This document shows, in pieces, positions 49,440 through 62,951 of a stretch of DNA of 64,000 nt. The number at the start of each line of letters is the position of its first letter. Within the stretch, counting starts at the first letter, position 1. The position numbers and the translations under genes were made by a program. The notes below the pieces were generated by a model. The model worked only from the letters and a program-made list of their open reading frames with translations, did no database searches and was not told where the DNA came from. Source of the DNA: the human T2T-CHM13v2.0 reference genome, Homo sapiens; assembly GCF_009914755.1 (NCBI RefSeq), contig NC_060928.1, one strand, 5' to 3'.

Positions 49440-50630
49440 CTGAATTATTTTACAGATAAACAACTTGCCCTCCCATTGCAAACAACTAAAAAACTGGACA
49501 AAATATATGAAATCACTCGTTTCAGACATTAAACAACAGGCAGTACAGGACTGTGATCCCAGAGAGAAGTAAACAAATGAGAAGAGATGTGATTGTCCTG
49601 GTTTTCTGCTCAATACACATTCCAAACCACAGCAGAGAGAAAGGAACCCAGTAAGAGGACAGGGATCTCACTGAGGTTAAAAAAAAATGGAGGATGAGGC
49701 AGCTGGAATTTGTAGGGCATGGTACTAGAAATAAGAAATAACTACAGCAATATACATAGGGGTTCCTTTGAGACACGGATTAAACACTAACCTGTGCATT
49801 CATGGGATGAGACTTTATAAGTCAAGGCAAAGAATAATGGCCAGAGACCTATAAAATGAGTTCCAACCACCCAGGAAAACCTCATTTACCACAACGGGCA
49901 TTCATTAGTGAGCCTATAATAGGCATGCATTAATGGTAGGACTAAACTGGCTCTCAAACAACGGTTACTCTAGACCTGTCCTAACAAAGTTTTAAAAGTG
50001 CCTGGATACAACTAAACTGACTCACAAGTAACTACCTGTAAAAACAAATATTCTTTAAAGGAAGACAACAACATCCAGGCACTCGACATAACACAACATC
50101 CAAGATCCTGTCAATATGCAAGAAAATGTAAACCCTAAATGGGGAAAAAATTAAAAATCATTCAACAGAAACATTTCCAGAAATGTTAGATGATGGAATT
50201 AACAGATAGGAACCTCAAAACAACTACTGTAAATATGCTCAAAGATTTAAAGAAAAACATGACAATATGGAAGAGAGAAATAGAAAACAAAAAAAACCAA
50301 ATAGAACTTTAAGAGCTAAGACATATATAATCTGAAAAGAAAAATTCTCTCAATGAGCTTAACAACAAAATAGACATTGCCAAAGAGAAAATTAGTGAAC
50401 CTGAAGACACTGTAACAGAAACTTTCCAAAGTGAAGCACAGAAACAAAAAGGTTAAGAAAAAATTAACAATCCCAGTGTCCTCTGGGACAACATTCAGCA
50501 TTCTATCTCATGTATAAATGGAATTCCAGAATGGGAAAGAGGAGGCCAAAAAATATTTGAATAAATAACGTCCAAAAAATTTCCAAATTTGATGAAAAGT
50601 ATAAACCCCACAGATTGAGAAAGGACACAT

Positions 50631-50678
<48 letters not shown>

Positions 50679-51100
50679 ATCAGAATAAACAAACAAACAA
50701 AATCCAAAGTGAAGCACATCATAATCAAAGTGCTGAAAACCAGTGATAGTGACAGAGAGTAAATCTTAAAAGCAGATAGAGGGGAAAAAAAGATTACATA
50801 AGGGTACGATGATAAGAATGACAGCTGATTTCTCTTTAGAAGCAATGTAAGCCAAAAGACAAAGAAATGAAATCTTTAAAATTCTTAAAAACGCTACCAA
50901 CCTAGAATGCCGGGAGTCATAAAGACTTTGCAAAGGGGAAAGGGGGAACTTTCTGGGATGATGGAAATGCTTCATATTTTAATTGAAGGAGGAGGTTATG
51001 TGTGTGTATACATATGTCAAAACTCACCATATACTTAAAATGAGTATATTCTATTGTAATATATGTTTTATATATATACATAATGACTTAAAGTTTATTT
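49440..51100 (+). mobile_element. Old L1M 5'/ORF1 fragments and a short 3' end
   Basis: Degenerate ORF1 motifs such as aattagtgaacctgaagac and atcataatcaaagtgctgaaaacc. Confidence 0.7.
50637..50676. repeat. (AC)20 microsatellite
   Basis: Read directly. Confidence 0.95.
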
Positions 51101-51119
51101 TAATAGTTAAAAAAATAGG

Positions 51120-53749
51120 AGGTTGCCTCCAAGATGGCCGAATAGGAACAGCTCCCGTCTACAGTTCCCAGTGAGATCGACGCAGAAGACAGGTGATTTC
51201 TGTATTTCAAACTGAGGTACCTGGTTCATCTCATTGGGACTGGTTGGACAGTGGGTGCAGCCCTCGGAGAGCAAGCCAAAGAAGGGCAGGATGTTGCCTC
51301 ACCCAGGAAGCGCCAGGGGTCAGGGGATTTCCCTTTTCTAGCCAAGGGAAGCCATGAGTGACTGTACCTGGAGGAATGGTGCACACCTGCCCAAAATACC
51401 ATGCTTTTCCCATGGTCTTCACAACTGACAGACCAGGAGATCCCCTCCCGTGCCTGGCTCGGCGGGTCCCATGCCCACAGAGCCTTGCTCACTGCTAGCG
51501 CAGCAGTCTGAGATCAACCTGGGATGTGGGAGCTTGGTAGGGGGAGAGGTGTCAGCCATTACTGAGACTTGAATAGGCAGTTCTATGCTTACAGTGTAAA
51601 CAAAGCCGCAGGGAAGTGTGAACTGGGCAGAGCCCACCACAGCTCAGCAGGCCTACTCCCTCTCTAGATTCTACCTCTGGGGCAGAGCACATCTGAACAA
51701 AAGGGAGCAGACAGCTTCTCCAGACTTAAATGTCCCTGCCTGACAGCTCTGAAGAGAGCAGTAGTTCTTCCAGCATGGCATTTGAGCTCCGATAATAGAC
51801 AAGACTGCCTCCTCAAGTGGGTCCCTGACTCCCATGTAGCCTGACTGCGAGACACCTCCCAGTAGAGGCCGACAGACACCTCATATAGATAGGTGCCCCC
51901 TCTGGGACGAAGTTTCAGGCAGCAATATTTGCTGTTCCGCAGCCTCTGCTGGTGATACCCAGGCAAACAGGGTCTGGAGTGGACCTCCAGCAAACTCCAA
52001 CAGACCTGCAGCTGAGGGACCTGTCTGTTAGAAGGAAAACTAACAAACAGAAAGGAATAGCACCAACATCAACAAAAAGGACATCCATGCCAAAACCCCA
52101 TCCATAGGTCACCAACGTCAAAGACCAAAGGTAGATAAAACCACAAAATGGGGAGAAACCAGAGCAGAAAGGCTGAAAATTCCAAAAACCAGAATGCCTC
52201 TTCTCCACAAAGGATTGCAGCTCCTCACCAGCAACAGAACAAAACTGCATGAAGAATGACTTTGATGAGTTGACAAAAGTAGGCTTCAGAAGGTCGATAA
52301 TAACAAACTTCTCCGAGCTAGAGGAGCACGTTCTAACCCTTTGCAAGGAAGCTAAAAACTTTGAAAAAAAGTTAGACGAATGGCTAACTAGAATCAACAG
52401 TGTAGAGAAGAGCTTAAATGACCTGATGGAGCTGAAAACCACAGCACGAGAACTTCGTGAAGCATACAAAAGCTTCAACAGCCAATTCAATCAAGCACAA
52501 GACAGGATATCAGTGACTGAAGATCAAATTAATGAAATAAAGCGAGAAGACAAGATTAGAGAAAAAGAGTGAAAAGAAAGGAACAAAGCCTCCAAGAAAT
52601 ATGGGACTATGTGAAAAGACCAAAACTACGTTTGATTGGTGTACCTGAAAGTGATGGGGAGAATGGAACCAAGTGAGAAATCACTCTTTAGGAAATTATC
52701 CAGGAGAACTTCCCCAACCTAGCAAGGCAGGCCAACATTCAAATTCAGGAAATACAGAGAACGCCACAAAGATACTCCTCGAGAAGAGCAACCCCAACAT
52801 ACATAATTGTCAGATTCACCAAGGTTGAAATGAGGGAAAAAATGTTAAGGGCAGCCAGAGAGAAAGGTCAGGTTACCTACAAAGGGAAGCCCATCAGACT
52901 AACAGCAGATCTCTTGGCAGAAACCCTACAAGCCAGAAGAGAGTGGGTGCCAATATTCAACATTCTTAAAGAAAAGAATTTTCAACCCAGAATGTCATAT
53001 CCAGGCAAACTAAGTTTCCTAAGTGAAGGAGAGATAAAATCCTTTATAGACAAGCAAATGCTGAGAGATTTTGTCACCACGACGCCTGCTTTACAAGAGC
53101 TCCTGAAGGAAGCAAGAAACGTGGAAAGGAACAACCGGTACCAACCACTGCAAAGACACGCCAAATTGTAAAGATGATCGATGCTATGAAGAAACTTCAT
53201 CAATTAATGCGCAAAATAACCAGCTAGCATCCTAATGACAGGATCAAATTCATACATAACAATATTAATCTTAACTGTAAATGGGCTAAATGCCCCAATT
53301 AAAAGACACAGAGTGGCAAATTGGATAAAGAGTCAAGACCCATCAGTGTGCTGTATTCAGAAGACCCATCTCACGTGCAGAGACACAGATAGGCTTAAAA
53401 TAAAGGGATAGAGGAAGATCTACCAAGCAAATGGAAAGCAAAAAAAAAAAAAGCAGGGGTTTCAATCCTGGTCTCTGATAAAACAGACTTTAACCAGAAC
53501 TCATGTTCTCCCTCATAAGTGGGAGTTGAACAGTGAGAACACATGGACACAGGGAGGGGAACATCATACACCGAGGCCTGTTGGGGGTGGGGGGCTAGGG
53601 GAGGGATAGCATTAGGAGAAATACCTAATGTAGGTGACTGGTTGATGAGTGCAGCAAACCACCATGGCACATATATACCTACGTAACAAAACTGCACGTT
53701 TTGCACATGTAACCCAGAACTTAAGTATAATAAAAAATAAATAAATAAA
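51120..53749 (+). mobile_element. L1PA7/8-like element: 5'UTR, ORF1 and start of ORF2 fused to the 3'UTR
   Basis: caagatggccgaataggaacagctcc start; ORF1 peptides; junction near 53496; A-rich tail. Confidence 0.94.
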
Positions 53750-56299
53750 CTGAAAAAAACTCAATTGAAATGGAAGAAACCATGAACAACAGGCAATTCA
53801 CAGAAGAAATGAAAACAGCCTTTAGGGGTATAAAAAGATGTTCAAGCTCATTCATAATATAAATACCTTGTGGTTTAAATTAATATCCCTGCTTAGTGTT
53901 TGCAGAATTCTCACACAATAGGTAGTTGCCTGTCATCTTGACCTTCTCCTCCATATTTTGCTTTCTCTATTCTGGAGGGAATTTCTCTGGCTGCTCTAAA
54001 TCTACAAAGGGGATCATTTTTCTTCTTCCATCTAGAGGAATCAGAAGTTGAAGCAAAACCTTTAATTTCATTCTACTGCCAAAACAAGCCCCAAAATTAT
54101 GGACATAAGAGAGCATAGGCAAGTTTGGCTAGAAGTGCATTATTTTATTACCAAGAAAATTTGCAGATAAATGAGAATCAAAGATGACCAAGAGGCAGAA
54201 TACAAGAAACGAGTAGATGAGAGTAACTAACAAAGATGGCGTATCTTACAGTGGCAATACTACTCCTGTCACTGGCAGCTATCATCAATGAGTCTGAGAT
54301 TTTCAGCACGAATATAACTTATTCCCTTATGCCTACCTGCAAAGTTTCATATAATGGTCAATATTCCAAAATTAAAAAGTTAAGAAAAAAGTCATTTTAA
54401 GGTCTAAGGACAATTTTTTAATTAACAAATCAAAATCTCATCACATTATGTAAGTAAAAGCAATCCATATATTTAAAAAATTAGGCACCAAGAAAGTGGA
54501 CCTGTTTACAGTTTCAACCTATTGCAATTTGTGCTGAAACTGAAGTTATTTACATATCTTGAAATTTAAGGTATCTACTAGGCCTAGACACTCACACTAA
54601 ATAGAAAATAAACCTGTATGTACCATTACATAATATAAACTTGATTCCTGCTGCTTGAGGGGAAAAGAGACCTGAGAATCCTTTTACATTGCTTCATAGT
54701 ACCTTTTTAACAAACCACATTTATCGGTTACTAGTGAAAAGTAAAACATAATAGAGTAAAGCCTTAAGAAAATAATAAATGATATTGACAAAACAGGTTT
54801 CATAAAATATTTCAAAAATATTTTAAGAGAAACCCAGAAATAGCGTGACTTAAGCAGATGTTCCATGTGCTTAAGAAAGTTATTTCAGTGAGGTTCCCTC
54901 AAGCTGCCAACGTCAAGTTTATATGCATGCATTCTTTGTATATATCCTTTTACTTTTAAAGGTTTAGTTGGCTATAGATTTTCACTGTAAACCTGGAATT
55001 TGAACACATGCTTCAGAATAAATTTCTCAGAATTCAAAATGCAGTTTTACATTTAGAAAACAAGGTATGTAGAAAAAAGTCACTTCTGTGTCCTGAAATT
55101 ATTTATTTTGAGGGAAAAAATACTAGAATTTTAAGTCATAAAGTCAAATAAATCCTGTCAGAATATTTGGAAGTTGATTCTAAAATCTTAACATAAATCT
55201 GCATGGAATTGTAATTAGTTAACACAACTGACTAAAGTGATTGTATAAACTAAACTGAAATCTGAATTCCAAGGGAATATACACAATTATATTAGACACT
55301 CACATGTTTAGCCTCTATTAAGTACTCGGCTCTATATTAGGCACTGTGTATTAAAGAAAGAATGAATTGTTCTCAAGGATTTACAATCTTATTTGGGTGA
55401 CTTAGACACCCCAGGGCCGAACAGCATATAAGACCGAACACATGTGAGTTTAAACATGTAATATCAACACTACGTGCATCATTTCTCATAGCTGTGCCTT
55501 CTTCATTTCCAATGCCACTGCCCTGATCTAGGCAACAGAGTGTCAAGGTAGGTTCTCTAATATGATAAAAGGACAAGATAGAGGCTAACAAATCAGAAGA
55601 CTATAACACTATAGATATGAGGTAATTTGGATCTAGATTAGGGACATGACAGTGGATAGTCTAGATAAGGGTAGTGAAATATTTATAAGGAAAAACAAAT
55701 AGTGTACAAGGAGAAAAGAAAATGATTTACCAAACAGACACTGTGTGATGGGCACTACAGTATGTCTTCTATGGGTATCATTTTATTCTTCACTTACAAA
55801 AACTAGTGTACAGTGTAGATATTATCCCTGTCTTGGAAACAAAGATACTGGGATTCACAACAGTTAAATAATTTTTGCCTGAGATCACAGAACTAGTGAA
55901 TGGAAGACCTGGGATTCATACCCCAAACTGAGCCAAAGCTTCTTCTCCTGCCAAACTGTACTAAGAAAGCAGATCAGTCCTTGCCTGAGGACAGAGGGTT
56001 GGGAGTGTCAAAGGAAGAGATTACAAAGAAGTGTAAGAAAACATTTGGGGGTGATAAATATGTTCATTTTCTTATTTTTGATAATAATTTTGCATGTAAT
56101 TATATCAAAAATCACCAATTTGTGTACACTTTAAATAGGTACAGTTTATTATATGTCAATTATAACTCAACAAAGCTAGAAAAAAATCTACTTCACATTT
56201 ATGGCTAAAACTATTTTTTTAAATGCATTATTTTATTGGATAAAATAATTATCCACATTTGTTTAAGATAAAATCAGACGTAAGCTTGTTTTAATTAAA

Positions 56300-57022
56300 A
56301 AAATCACAATACCATTTCACAACCACTAGGATGATTGTTAAAAAACAAAAAGGGAAAATAATGAGTATTGGTGAGGATCTGGAGAAACTGGAATCCTTGA
56401 ATATTGTTCGTTGGAGTTAACATGCTGGGGAAAACAGTTTGGTGGTTCCTCAAAGAGTAAATTCAGAATTACCATATGACCCAGCAATTCCATTCCTAGG
56501 TGAAAAAAATGGATAAGAGTATTCAAACAAAAACTCATACATGAATGTTCATAGCAGCACTATTCATAATAGCCAAGTGGTAGAAACAAGCCAAATGCCC
56601 ATCAACTAATGAATGGATAAGTAAAAGGTAATATTATCCATCAGCAGAATATTATTCAGCCATAAAAAGGAATGAAGTACTGATACATGCTACAACATGG
56701 ATGAATCTCAAAAGCACACTAAGTGAAAGGGGCCAGACACAAAAGGTTACATATCATGTGAGACCATTTACATGAAATATCCAGAATAGGTAAACCTATA
56801 GTATAGAGACAGTAAATTAGTGGTTGCCAGGGGCCAGTTAGAGAATGAAATGGGGAGTGACTGCTAATGGGGATGGGGTTTCCTTTTGAGGTCATGAAAT
56901 GTTTGGGACTAGATAGATACAGGTGATGGTTGTACAACACTGTGAATGTATTAACTGCCACTAATTTTAATGTACACTTTAAAATGGTTAATTTTATGTG
57001 AATTGTACCTCAATTTAAAAAA
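56300..57022 (+). mobile_element. L1MB-like 3' end
   Basis: ttaccatatgacccagcaattcc and aggaatgaagtactgatacatgctacaacatggatgaa motifs. Confidence 0.85.
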
Positions 57023-57524
57023 TTAATCACAAATTATTTTTGATGATGGTGGAGGTTGTTATATACATGTCAAAATGAACCATAATAAAACAGCTCCTAT
57101 CCCTTAAGTCCTCTCTCCTGAAACTCTGTTATCATTAAGTGAATGGTTCGCTTCTTTCCAATACCTACCTTCAAGTTTATTCTATAATGAACAAAATACT
57201 TACTTTTTTGTGTTTAACTACAAAATTGATCAGATAATTTCTTAAAAACGTCAATCAAAAAAATACAAACATTTATCAAATTAAAGCAAAAGAACAAACT
57301 TTATGCAGAAAAACTTGTTGCAATGCAGCTGATTTAAATCAAGACTTTAATCAAACATATCTTAATAAAGTAAATCTCAAAAATTAGAATTCTGTCATTT
57401 TGAATAATAAAAGTTGAAATCATATGGCTATAACCTGCAAATTCTAAAGAATATAAATAGGATGGATATAAATATGTGGATCAATTCTCACAAGTATTAG
57501 CAGTAGAGGCAGAAGGGGATAGGG

Positions 57525-57745
57525 CAAGCTTGTCCAACCCGCGCGGCCTACGGGCAGCATGCAGCCCAGGATGGCTTTCAATGTGGCCCAACACAGATTC
57601 ATAAACTTTCGTAAAATATTATGAGATTTTATTTATTTATTTTTTAGCTCATCAGTTATTGTTAGTGTTAGTGTATTTTATGTGTGGCCCAAGACAATTA
57701 TTTTTCCAATGTGGCCCAGGGAAGCCAAAAGATTGGACACCCCTG
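57525..57745. mobile_element. MER30 (hAT-Charlie)
   Basis: tgtccaacc..ggcccagggaagccaaaagattggacacccctg. Confidence 0.85.
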
Positions 57746-58904
57746 GTGTAAAGACTAGGAACACAGGCTCCAGTACAAGATACCTGGGATTCAATCCCAA
57801 TTCTGCCAACTTACTAGCAATGTAAGTTTGGGGAAATTACTTAACTTCCTTGGAATATAATTTTATGTAAAATTTGAAAATAAAAATACCTGTTTCACAG
57901 CATAGCAGTTTTAAGAATAAATGAGATAATTCTTATAGAGCACCTCAAATAATGGTTTATAGACTAGTACTTTACTATAAGCATCAGTATTAAGGTTTGG
58001 GTTCCTAAAGGAAATCATTCATTTTTCCCCTTACCATTCTCAGTAAACAAAAAGGCTAGGAGAAGTTTTTTTTGAAAAGTATACGCCTCATGAAGAATAT
58101 CCTAAAGGATCAAAGACAAGGAATCAGATTTTCTGAGGGACACTTTATATGTTATTTCCTACAGTGATCTAATTCTATAAAAGGGCATGTAACCATTGTT
58201 TACAGCATTCTTAAAAAAACACCAAACCTCTGATTTCTTAACCTGCTTTTCTATTTCTTAATAGAAAGAGAAGTTTCATCTTCCTTAGTCTCCAAATTAC
58301 AGGTAAACAACTAAGCTGCTTCCACTCCAAAATTAGACTCCCATTTGAAAAATTACAGAAACGATGGCTCTGGAGATGGAAAATGGGAGATGAGCAGATT
58401 TATATGGGCTCCTCTGAACTGATATTGGTGCCAACTCACAGAAGCCACTGTGTGTTTAGCTCAGCTGCTCTTTGTGCATGCCTCCAGGGGTTAATAGCTA
58501 AAGCTACATCTGTGAAGGAAATATAATGACAACACTGTCCACGGGAAGAGACATTATAAACAAAGAATTTCCCTCTACAGTTGAGGTCTCAATTGTCTGA
58601 AATACTGTCTGTTCCTTTCCCATTCCCTGCCCTCCGGCATGCTTCTTACCAGCTGCAATCACAAAGTATTTCTGATACATGTCCTCAAGTTTGGACTCTG
58701 GTTGCTTAAATTCTAGATTCTCAAGCCCAAAAGGAACATATGACAAGTGATTATAAAGATATGGATGATATTTGCAGCTCTGAATATACATCAAAACTAA
58801 AGTACTCCATAGAAAAATTTTACAACTGCATATGTAATTGCTAACTTATACAGGCTGGATCATATTTAGAGAAGGGCGTTTAGCTGTGGTAGTATGGTAT
58901 TCTA

Positions 58905-59040
58905 TTTATTTATTATTATTTTTTTGAGACTCAGTCTTACCATGTTGCCCAGGCTGGTCTTGAACTCTTGGGTTCAGGAGATCCTCTTAGCTCGCCTCCC
59001 AAAGTGCTGGGATTACAGGCATGAGCCACTGCACCCAGAC
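58905..59040 (-). mobile_element. FLAM / Alu left monomer
   Basis: Antisense monomer with T-rich tail. Confidence 0.85.
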
Positions 59041-59302
59041 TGCTCCATTCTAACATGGGCATTAACAGAGATGATCTAGTGAAAAGGAACCAGAGTGGAA
59101 AATAATCTAGAAACTGTCAGATAAGGAACAACTAGAATAAAAAGCCTTGAGAACAGAAGTCTTCAGGAGGGTATGGCACATTGGACCAAAAGATGTGTAA
59201 GATCCTTTATAAAACAAAAATGTTCAAATTTGAAGTTATCACATAATTGCCAGTTTAAAGTTGGCTATACTGGTTAATTCACACTGGATACACTAAATGA
59301 GA

Positions 59303-59497
59303 GTTTCTCAACCAAAGGCAATTTTGCCCTCTAGGGGATATTTGGCAATATCCTAAGACATTTTGGGTTGCCACAACTGGGGAGGAGGTATTACTAGCAT
59401 CTAGTAGGAAAAGGCAAAGGATGCTGCAGAAGACAGTCCTCTCTCATAAAGAATTATCCATCTGTAATATCAATAGTGTCAAAGTTAAGAAATCCTG
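59303..59497. mobile_element. MER20 (hAT-Charlie)
   Basis: tttctcaacc..caattttgccc..tttggcaat..gcatctagt..ttaagaaatcctg. Confidence 0.78.
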
Positions 59498-60289
59498 TAG
59501 ATGACTCTGGCAGCAGGGTATAAGAATTCCTGGAAATCACATATAGCTTTTAAAAAGCACATTCTAAATTGTTTTATCTATTTTTATTCACAAAATTTAT
59601 TTTAAAATTTCAAACAACATAAGAACAGATAAGACATGTATAGGTTATAAAGCAAGCAAGGAAGCATGCCCAGATTACCAAGTTGCCTCAGAATGAGACA
59701 CACTCTTTGACTTCACATGCAACAGAAAGGCACAGTTTTATTTCAAACAAAGCAGTGTTTTGCTGTAACACCGTTAAAAACTGGAAAGGAAAACTCAATC
59801 AAACCAAAAACTAGATGCTTAGGAATAAATGGTAGAATTCTTACAAAACCACCACGCTTCAATTCAATCTAAATCAATTCAACAAATCTGTGCTGAAAGT
59901 ATAACATTTAGTTTTCTTAGACACCAAATGAACAATACAAAATCCCTCAAGGGACTTAGAACATTCAAGTTTTCTATATCTGTGGTTCTAAGTCTGTTAC
60001 CAACTTCCAGGACTCTGCTTCTTTCCCTCTGCCCATTAACAATGCGGTGTTAAAAGTGACTTCCTACCACTATGTTTCTTACAGCTGATTCAACCACTCA
60101 TCTCATAGCCAGGCATGAAAGAAAGGAGCATACCCCTAACCGAGAACTATTTTTTAGATGGTAGTCATATATTTATTTCATATTTAGTAAGTATTATTTC
60201 AGGTCTTATTAATTAAAGGAAAAAACTTCTCTGGCTATAAGATGCAAGGATGATATGTGAATTCATGAATTGTTCCATGTTTTTCACCC

Positions 60290-62150
60290 AGATACAAGAA
60301 ATTCAGAGAACACTTGAGAGATGCTATGCAAGATGAACATCACCAAGGCACACAGTCATCAAGGTCTATCCTAAATATACATGCACGCAACATCAGAGCA
60401 CCCGGATTCATAAAAAAACTACTACTAAACCTAAGAACCTGAGCAATACACTAGTGGGAGGCTTCAACACTCCACTGGTGTTCTTGTGTCCTTTAAAAGC
60501 ACATTAAAAAGATAATTCATCATGATCAAGTAGGGTTTATTCCAGGAATGCAAGGATGGTTGAACATATGCAAATCAATAAATGGGATTCACCACATAAA
60601 GAAAACTAAGAATAAAAACCACATGATCATCTCAATAGATACAGAAAAAGCACGTGATAAAATTCAACATTCCTTCATGATAAAAACCTTCAACGAACTA
60701 GGCACTGAAGGAACATACCTCAAAATAGTAAGAGCCATCTATGACAAACCCATAACCAACATCATACCAAATGTGAAAAAGTTGAAAGCATTCCCCCTAA
60801 GAACCAGAATAAGACAAGGATGTCCAGTCTCACCACTCCCATTCAACATAGTACTGGAAGTCCTAGCCAGACCAATCACCCAAGAGAAGGAAATAAAAGG
60901 TATCTAAATTGGAAAAGAGGAAGTCAAATGATCTCTGTTCACTAATGACATGATAGTGTAGCTAGGAAACCCTAAAGGCTCCTCCAAAAGACTCCTAGAC
61001 TTGTTAAACAACTTCGATAAAGTTTAAGGATACAAAATCTATATATAAAAATTAATAGTATTTCTACATACCAATAATGTTCAAGTTGAGAACAAAATTA
61101 AAAAATCTCATTTGCAACAGCCACACACACACACGCATCATACACACACACACACACCCCGCAGGAATACATTTAATCAAGTGGGTAAAACATCTCTGCA
61201 AGAACTACAAAACACTGATGAAAGGAATCATAGATGACACAGAGGGAAAAACATCCCATGCTCATGGATTGGAAGAATCAATATTGTTAAAATGCCAATA
61301 TTGCTCAAAGCAATCTGGAGATTCAGTGTAATTCCTATCAAATTACCAATGTCATTTTTTCACAGCATTAGGAAAAAACAATCCTAATGTTTATATGGAA
61401 CCAAACAAAAGCCAGAATAGTCAAAGCAATCCTAAGCAAAAAGAACAAATCTGGAGGCATCACATTACTCAGCAACAAATTATACCACATAGCTGTCGTA
61501 CTGGTATAAAAATAAACATGGTACTGGTACAAAAATAAACACATAGATCAATGGAACAAAATACAGAACAAACAAATGAAGTCACATACCTATAACCAAC
61601 TGATCTTCAACAAATAACAAAAAAATAATGGGGAAAGGAGACTCTATTCAATAAATGGTACTGGGAAAACTGGCTAGCCATAGGCTGAAGAATGAAACTG
61701 GACCCCTATCTCTCACCACATACAAAAATTAACTCAAGATGGATTAAAGACCTAAATGTTAAGATCTGAAACTATAAAAATTCCCGAAGAAAATCTAGGA
61801 AAAACTCTCTGGATATCGCCTAGGCAAAGAATTTATGATGAAGACCCCAAAAGCAAATGGAATGAAAACAAAAATAGACAAATTTAACTTAATTAAACTA
61901 AAAACCTTCTGCATAGCAAAAGAAATAATCAACAAAATAAACAGCCTACAGAATGGGAGAAAAAATCTGCAAAGTATGCCTCCAACAAAGGACTAAGACA
62001 ACTCAAACAACTCAACAAGAAAAACATTAAAAAGTGCGCAAAGGCCACGAACCAACATTTCTCAAAAAAAGAAATATAAGTGGCCAAGAAACACATGAAA
62101 AATGCTCTACATCACTAATCATCAGAGAAATACAAATTTAAACCACATTG
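60290..62150 (+). mobile_element. L1PB/L1MA-like fragmented ORF2 (RT region)
   Basis: ORF 60548-60907 translates to decayed L1 RT ([18 protein letters not shown]). Confidence 0.9.
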
Positions 62151-62473
62151 AAAGTTTTTATGTGCTGGTTTCTGAGGCTCTACAAAATTAAAGGTAAGAT
62201 GTTCTTCTAGGAGTGAGAAAAAAGGGAGAAGAGTTGAATGTCTGCAGAGAATAAGAAATAGTAACAATAAACGTAGTAGAAAATAGAAGAAAGAACTGAC
62301 CAAAGACATATAGAAGAATTGATGGGGAGCATCAGTCTCTGAAATTGTGGATTTTGTTTTTATTCAGTAGGATGTGGCAACCTGGAAGCAGGCACACAAA
62401 AAATGAAAAAGTATCAGATGACTTTCATGAGAATTGAAGTTTTTATCTAAATAATAGGCAAGGAAGGTGAAGA

Positions 62474-62706
62474 CAGGACTTGGCAAATTTTTCCATAAAG
62501 GGTCAGATGGTAGACATAAAATAATAAAATAATAATAAAAGGCTTTGTAGACTATACAATCTCTGCTACAAGTCCTCAACTCTACCGTCGTAGTGTAAAA
62601 GCAGTCATAGACAGTATGTACATGAATGGGCATACCTGCGTTATTTATAAAAACAGGTGTTAGGCTGGCTTTGACTTGTTACAGGGCTATAATTTACCAA
62701 CCCCTG
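62474..62706. mobile_element. MER58-like (hAT-Charlie) element
   Basis: caggacttggcaaa..aaagggtcagat..tttaccaacccctg. Confidence 0.75.
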
Positions 62707-62810
62707 GTTTAAGACAAGAAAGTGAAGATAAAAGGAGGGACTGATAACAGAGAAATCAATAGGCTTGAACTCTGAAGAGTTGAAGAACTAGAGGCTAAAA
62801 TGAAATTTTA

Positions 62811-62951
<141 letters not shown>

